A stretch of DNA of 64,000 bases from assembly GCA_001643675.2 (NCBI GenBank), contig LSRY02000028.1:434001-498000 (forward strand), written 5' to 3'. This stretch comes from Monocercomonoides exilis PA203 (taxonomy: Eukaryota > Protista > Preaxostyla). The translations under genes and the position numbers were made by a program. Within the stretch, counting starts at the first letter, position 1; every line of letters starts with the position of its first letter. Below are positions 59,569-64,000 of this stretch, one piece after another. Below the pieces are notes generated by a model that did no database searches, was not told the DNA's origin, and was given only the letters and a program-made list of their open reading frames with translations.

Positions 59569-62500
59569 ATGAGTTTTTCTGGGAGATCTGATGAGGATAT
59601 ATTTGATGAAGAAATAATATCTGAATCAAGTTCAAACGAAGATGAATTGCCAGTGATTTTAGACGATGAAGACGATGAAGTTATTGAGATTCATGATTTT
59701 GATAAATGTGAAAATGTGAATTGTCAAAACAAAAAAATCGAGTTATTGGACGAAGATGCTGATGAGGAATTATTAAGTGTTAATTTTTCTTCGAAAAAAT
59801 CGTCATTTGAGGAATCTACGCAAGATATTAATTCACCATTACCTAAAGGTGTTTTTTATGATGAAGAAAAGGACGAATACGTGTTAGACGCAAAAGCAGC
59901 TCGTAGCGTAGGAACGCTTAATGCCGTTGATAATAGTAAGATCCACTATCCAGCAATTTCTCGATTTACAGGCCGTAAAGAAGACTTTTTTGATTTATTC
60001 CAAGAAAAAGAGGAAAGCCAAAAAATGAAAATTGATCACGAAACTAACTTGGGGAATAACTACGAAAAAATTCAAAACAAATCTGCTTATTCTTCGTCAT
60101 TTTCATCGTTGCCATTTTCAAAACCCAAAAAACAGCCATTTCCATTCTCTTCATATTCAATCAGTATGAAACAAAATGCGGGGAAAACATTAATGCCATT
60201 ACTAATGTCAAAGTCAACTTTAAAGACAATAACCGATACCCTCACGTCTACCACAAGATCGACAACAATTAACGAAGAATCTTCAAAAAGCTCGCAATTT
60301 TCAATATTTCACATTCATCCATCATTGAAGCAAACGCTGATTTCATATTATTCTTTTAGCGAACCAACTCCAATTCAAAAAGCTGCTATTGCAGCTGCTT
60401 CGACAAACCGTGATGTCTTAGCCACAGCACCAACTGGAAGTGGAAAAACAATTGCATATCTTCTTCCAGCGCTTTCGCATGCATTTGTTCAGAAAAAAGC
60501 ATTGAAAAAAAGAGAAATAAAACGATCTGAAAAGAATCAACGGTCATTTTTACAGGCTGTTGGAGGTGACAGCGCACAGAACAAATCAACAAGTCCGCAT
60601 GCTTTTTCTTCTCATCCTTCACATAATCTCAGCCAAGAAAATTCAGAACATTCCGAAGCATTTATCGACGAGATGGAGGAGGACTTGTCAGAAAAAAAGA
60701 TTGCATCACCATTTGTTCTGATACTTGTCCCGACGCGCGAACTAGCTCAGCAAATTTTGGCTGAAATACACAAATTTCTTCGGAGACTCAACACATCAGG
60801 AGACTTCTCCTCTGTGACAACAACCTCCTCGTCGCTTTCTGTGACCCTCGGGGCAGTCGGTCTTATCGGAGGCAGAGGAAGGTACCAGCAGCGCCTGGCG
60901 CTGCAGGGGGCAGCGAAGGGGAGCAGCTCAAAGGGAGGGAAAGGAGAGAGAGGAGAGCACGCTTTGCTGGCAGAGAATGGCCGAGGCAGCAGCAGCGGAA
61001 GCGACATTGTTGTGGGGACGCCGGGGCGGGTGATGGACATGGTGCGGGGCGGGTGGATGTCGCTGTATGAGACGACGCTGCTGGTGATCGACGAGGCTGA
61101 CCGGATGCTGTCGATGGGGTTTGGCGAGCAGATCGAGCAGATTGTGGGGCAGACACGTGACAACAAGCAGGTGTTCATGTTCAGCGCCACGTGGAGGCGA
61201 AGTGTTGAGCGCCTGGCGCAAAAGGTGTTTGGAAAGAAGAAAAGGGAAGCGAATATGCTGCAAAGAGGAGAAGTCCTGTCTACGGCTGACCTTCACAGCA
61301 CAAAGGAAACACAAGCTGAAACAGAGCAAAAGGAGTTCATTGTATCCGAGTCAAAACTGGCTTCCCTGCCGCCGATTCGAATTTCGATCAGTCGAGATGC
61401 AAAACTGGCATCTGCATGCACACACAGCGTGCTCATATTCAACACTATGCAGGAAAAGCTGCTTTGGCTGGTCGATAATTTTGATGAATTTGTTAAAGCC
61501 AACACAAAAAAGAAAGATGATCCAGAAGATGGCAGCTCGAATGAAGCAACAGATTCTTCTTCCTCTTCGTCTTCGTCTTCGTCTTCTTCTTTAGCGTCTC
61601 CATCCTCATCCTCGTCAAATGCCAAGGAAACAGGCACCAATGCAGCACCAACAGGCGGGCAGCTGCTGATATTCTGCAACAGCCAAGGAAGCTGTGATGT
61701 GCTGTCTCGGCAGCTTGCGCACTGCGGCTTCGCAGTGGAGGCGCTGCACGGGGGGAAAGACACGTTTGAGCGGAAGAAAGCGCTCGACCAGTTTAAGCGG
61801 GGCAAGCTGCATTGCATCGTGGCGACAGACGTGGCGGGGCGTGGGCTTGACATTCCGACTATTCGTGTTGTTGTGTCGTACGATGCGCCGATGAAGGAGG
61901 ATGCGCTGACACACCGCTCGGGGAGGACCGGGCGGATGGGCGGGGCAAAAGGAGAGGTGTATGTGCTGCTGAGCAGAGACAACAAGAACGACATCCAGGC
62001 AGCTGCGAATGTGTGTGCGGTGTGGCGGAGAGACGGAAGAGAGGTGCCAGACGATGTGGTGAAGATGGCGATGAAGAACAGGCAGTTTGGGAAGAAGTGG
62101 AAGGGGAAGACGCCAAAAGGGGCAGGAGGCATTGGAGGCCGGGGAATAGGATGGACGGATGCAAACGAGAGTGGGGAGAAGGCAGATGGAGGAGCGAATA
62201 AAACAGAGAAGACTGGCACCGAAAGCGAAGGTGCTAAAAAACAGAAAGCCACTTCGACGGAACAGAAAGAAAAAGGATCGGCCGAGAAGCCGAAGCAAAG
62301 GCGATTTGACAAGATGACATTTGTGAAGTCGAATGTTCAGTCGAATGTTGCTTCGTGGATATCAAATGGTTCTGCATTGAACCACCCAATGTACATGATG
62401 GATTCAATTCCGGCATCTGCTCCTACTCAACCTAAGGTTATAGAGCAAGAATTGAATAAAGCATTACCAGTGCCAAATAAAGGAGGTCCATCTTCTTCAA

Positions 62501-63270
62501 ACATCTTCACTTCATCCACTCAACCTGCAGAAAAAGGTGATAACAAGCAAAATCCCTTAAATTCATCGAACATTTTATCCACTTCATCTTCATTTTTATC
62601 TGAACAGCATGAGCCATCTTCTTCTACTAATTCAGTATTAACTACACCTCATCCACAACAATCATTCACAATTCCTTCCTTTTCACCTCAAGAACTTTCA
62701 TACTCTTCACATTTTTCTTCCTCTTCCTCTTCAAATTCCACAACACCATCATCATCAGTCTCCTCTTCTTTCTCTTACTCCTCCTCTTCCTGCTCGCCTT
62801 CTTCTTCATCTTCTTCATTTAGTTCATTTGAGCTTCCTCCTCCGCCCTCGACTGAGGAGGAGTCCAGCCACACGCTCTCTGACTCAGCAGACTGGACTCT
62901 TTCTCTCCTCTACCCATCCTTTGTGTCTTCTCTCCATTGCCCGCCTTCAGAGTCCGCTGAGCAGAATGCCCTGTTTTCAATGGAAGACAATCTCTATCGC
63001 AGAGTTCCCCCTCCTCCCAGCCTGCTCGAGTCTGATGCAAAGACCAACGCCATCATCATGTCTCTTCGCTCGCTCCCTGCACAGCCTCGCTCTGGTTCTG
63101 CCTCTGCTTCTTCACCTTCTCCTTCTGCTTTTATTGTGTCAAAGACAAATAGTGCAGCTTCTGCTCCGTTGCCTCTTCCGCAGATGCCTCAGAGTCTGCA
63201 GTCGAGTCTGGAGCAGATCAAGGCATCGCTGGAAGAGAAATCCACGAAGTCAAGATGGGACGTGAAGTAG
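59569..63270 (+). CDS. DDX42: DEAD-box RNA helicase, DDX42 (SF3b125)-like
   Basis: Q motif PTPIQ, APTGSGKT, PTRELA, DEAD, SAT and HRSGRTGR. DDX42-like flanks: VDNSKIHYP, post-core GGRGIG and terminal KSRWD. Confidence 0.75.
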   Translation: MSFSGRSDEDIFDEEIISESSSNEDELPVILDDEDDEVIEIHDFDKCENVNCQNKKIELLDEDADEELLSVNFSSKKSSFEESTQDINSPLPKGVFYDEEKDEYVLDAKAARSVGTLNAVDNSKIHYPAISRFTGRKEDFFDLFQEKEESQKMKIDHETNLGNNYEKIQNKSAYSSSFSSLPFSKPKKQPFPFSSYSISMKQNAGKTLMPLLMSKSTLKTITDTLTSTTRSTTINEESSKSSQFSIFHIHPSLKQTLISYYSFSEPTPIQKAAIAAASTNRDVLATAPTGSGKTIAYLLPALSHAFVQKKALKKREIKRSEKNQRSFLQAVGGDSAQNKSTSPHAFSSHPSHNLSQENSEHSEAFIDEMEEDLSEKKIASPFVLILVPTRELAQQILAEIHKFLRRLNTSGDFSSVTTTSSSLSVTLGAVGLIGGRGRYQQRLALQGAAKGSSSKGGKGERGEHALLAENGRGSSSGSDIVVGTPGRVMDMVRGGWMSLYETTLLVIDEADRMLSMGFGEQIEQIVGQTRDNKQVFMFSATWRRSVERLAQKVFGKKKREANMLQRGEVLSTADLHSTKETQAETEQKEFIVSESKLASLPPIRISISRDAKLASACTHSVLIFNTMQEKLLWLVDNFDEFVKANTKKKDDPEDGSSNEATDSSSSSSSSSSSSLASPSSSSSNAKETGTNAAPTGGQLLIFCNSQGSCDVLSRQLAHCGFAVEALHGGKDTFERKKALDQFKRGKLHCIVATDVAGRGLDIPTIRVVVSYDAPMKEDALTHRSGRTGRMGGAKGEVYVLLSRDNKNDIQAAANVCAVWRRDGREVPDDVVKMAMKNRQFGKKWKGKTPKGAGGIGGRGIGWTDANESGEKADGGANKTEKTGTESEGAKKQKATSTEQKEKGSAEKPKQRRFDKMTFVKSNVQSNVASWISNGSALNHPMYMMDSIPASAPTQPKVIEQELNKALPVPNKGGPSSSNIFTSSTQPAEKGDNKQNPLNSSNILSTSSSFLSEQHEPSSSTNSVLTTPHPQQSFTIPSFSPQELSYSSHFSSSSSSNSTTPSSSVSSSFSYSSSSCSPSSSSSSFSSFELPPPPSTEEESSHTLSDSADWTLSLLYPSFVSSLHCPPSESAEQNALFSMEDNLYRRVPPPPSLLESDAKTNAIIMSLRSLPAQPRSGSASASSPSPSAFIVSKTNSAASAPLPLPQMPQSLQSSLEQIKASLEEKSTKSRWDVK

Positions 63271-63753
63271 CCATTTCACATCAGAATTACATCACTTCAT
63301 TTCATTTCACTTCATTTTGTTCCTTTTATGCTCTCATGTTTAATTGTTTTAAATCGAAGAAAGGCTTTTAAAAAATCGAAACAAGAACAAGAGTGTAAAA
63401 AAAATACACATCGAATGTCGCCAATATTTCAGAAAAAAAAGGTGGATAAAAATTGGCAAATGAATTGAAGACAGAATTTGTTGAGTGACACCACAAATTA
63501 ATGTTGTAAATTCCAAAAAAATGCTCTTTTTTAATTTTTTTTTGCAAAACTACTGAAGAAAAATTAAAGAGTGAAGAAAAATGAAAAGTTAAAAAACGCC
63601 AAAATGCATTCAAGGAAAAAAAATCCCAGATTACCCAAATCGAAATGAAGATATCAACAATTAATTAATGAAAGTTAAACATTTCTGATAAAAAAAATTA
63701 GATTTCGCATTTTGTAAAGTTGCAAGAAATTCACAAAAATGTAAACTTCTGCC

Positions 63754-63870
63754 TTACACTTTGTCCATTGCAATGTCGCATCTGAATGCATTTGGAGGGA
63801 TGTTCGAATAGCTTGAGGTCATCGACAAGGACTTCACATCCACACGTGCCCCGGGTCCGCTTCCAACAGC
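63754..63870 (-). CDS. Probable last exon of a gene continuing beyond the window
   Basis: ctgcag acceptor followed by AVGSGPGARVDVKSLSMTSSYSNIPPNAFRCDIAMDKV*; higher GC than the flanks. Confidence 0.45.
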   Translation of the reverse strand, partial: AVGSGPGARVDVKSLSMTSSYSNIPPNAFRCDIAMDKV

Positions 63871-64000
63871 CTGCAGCAGAAAGCACAATTGTGAATTGGA
63901 TTACATAGATGAACAGAATTCAGGTTTCGATTCATCGTTTGAGGTGTTATGATAACGACAAATGAATAAATGAATAAAAGAGAACATCAGAATAAAAATC

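Noticed and set aside
1-64000. Stop-codon reassignment, as known in some oxymonads
   Set aside because: Conserved genes end properly in TAA (RPS26, SRP9), TAG (RPL15, MetAP2) and TGA (PSMB6). In-frame stops were seen only in decayed elements.
1-64000. tRNA, rRNA or snRNA genes
   Set aside because: None recognisable by eye; tRNAscan-SE and Infernal would be needed to exclude them.

Overview
This is an intron-rich, AT-rich eukaryotic window in the standard genetic code. It has short (about 45-150 nt) spliceosomal introns, many with GTTTG/GTTTA donors. Gene content and repeat families suggest a metamonad protist, probably an oxymonad such as Monocercomonoides; this is an inference. Housekeeping genes: MetAP2, SRP9 and RPS26 (both absent from the ORF track), cornichon, a P2-type ATPase, a zf-C3Hc3H protein, an RS/RRM protein, Med21, proteasome beta1, RPL15, an acyltransferase and a DDX42-like helicase. 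Flagellar genes: CFAP77-like, CFAP119/CABCOCO1-like, NPHP4 and roadblock. There is also an FHA-GAF-class III cyclase with a degenerate metal site. The 12.4-19.7 kb block is a nest of pogo/DDE_1 DNA transposons: an old copy is split by an 837-bp foldback/MITE with a TA duplication and by a younger relative, and a third family with 42-bp TIRs follows. All three transposases carry an intron at an equivalent position. The 47.3-51.5 kb block is a decayed DIRS-type tyrosine-recombinase retrotransposon with inverted, hairpin-forming ends. All coordinates were read by eye and exon boundaries are approximate.
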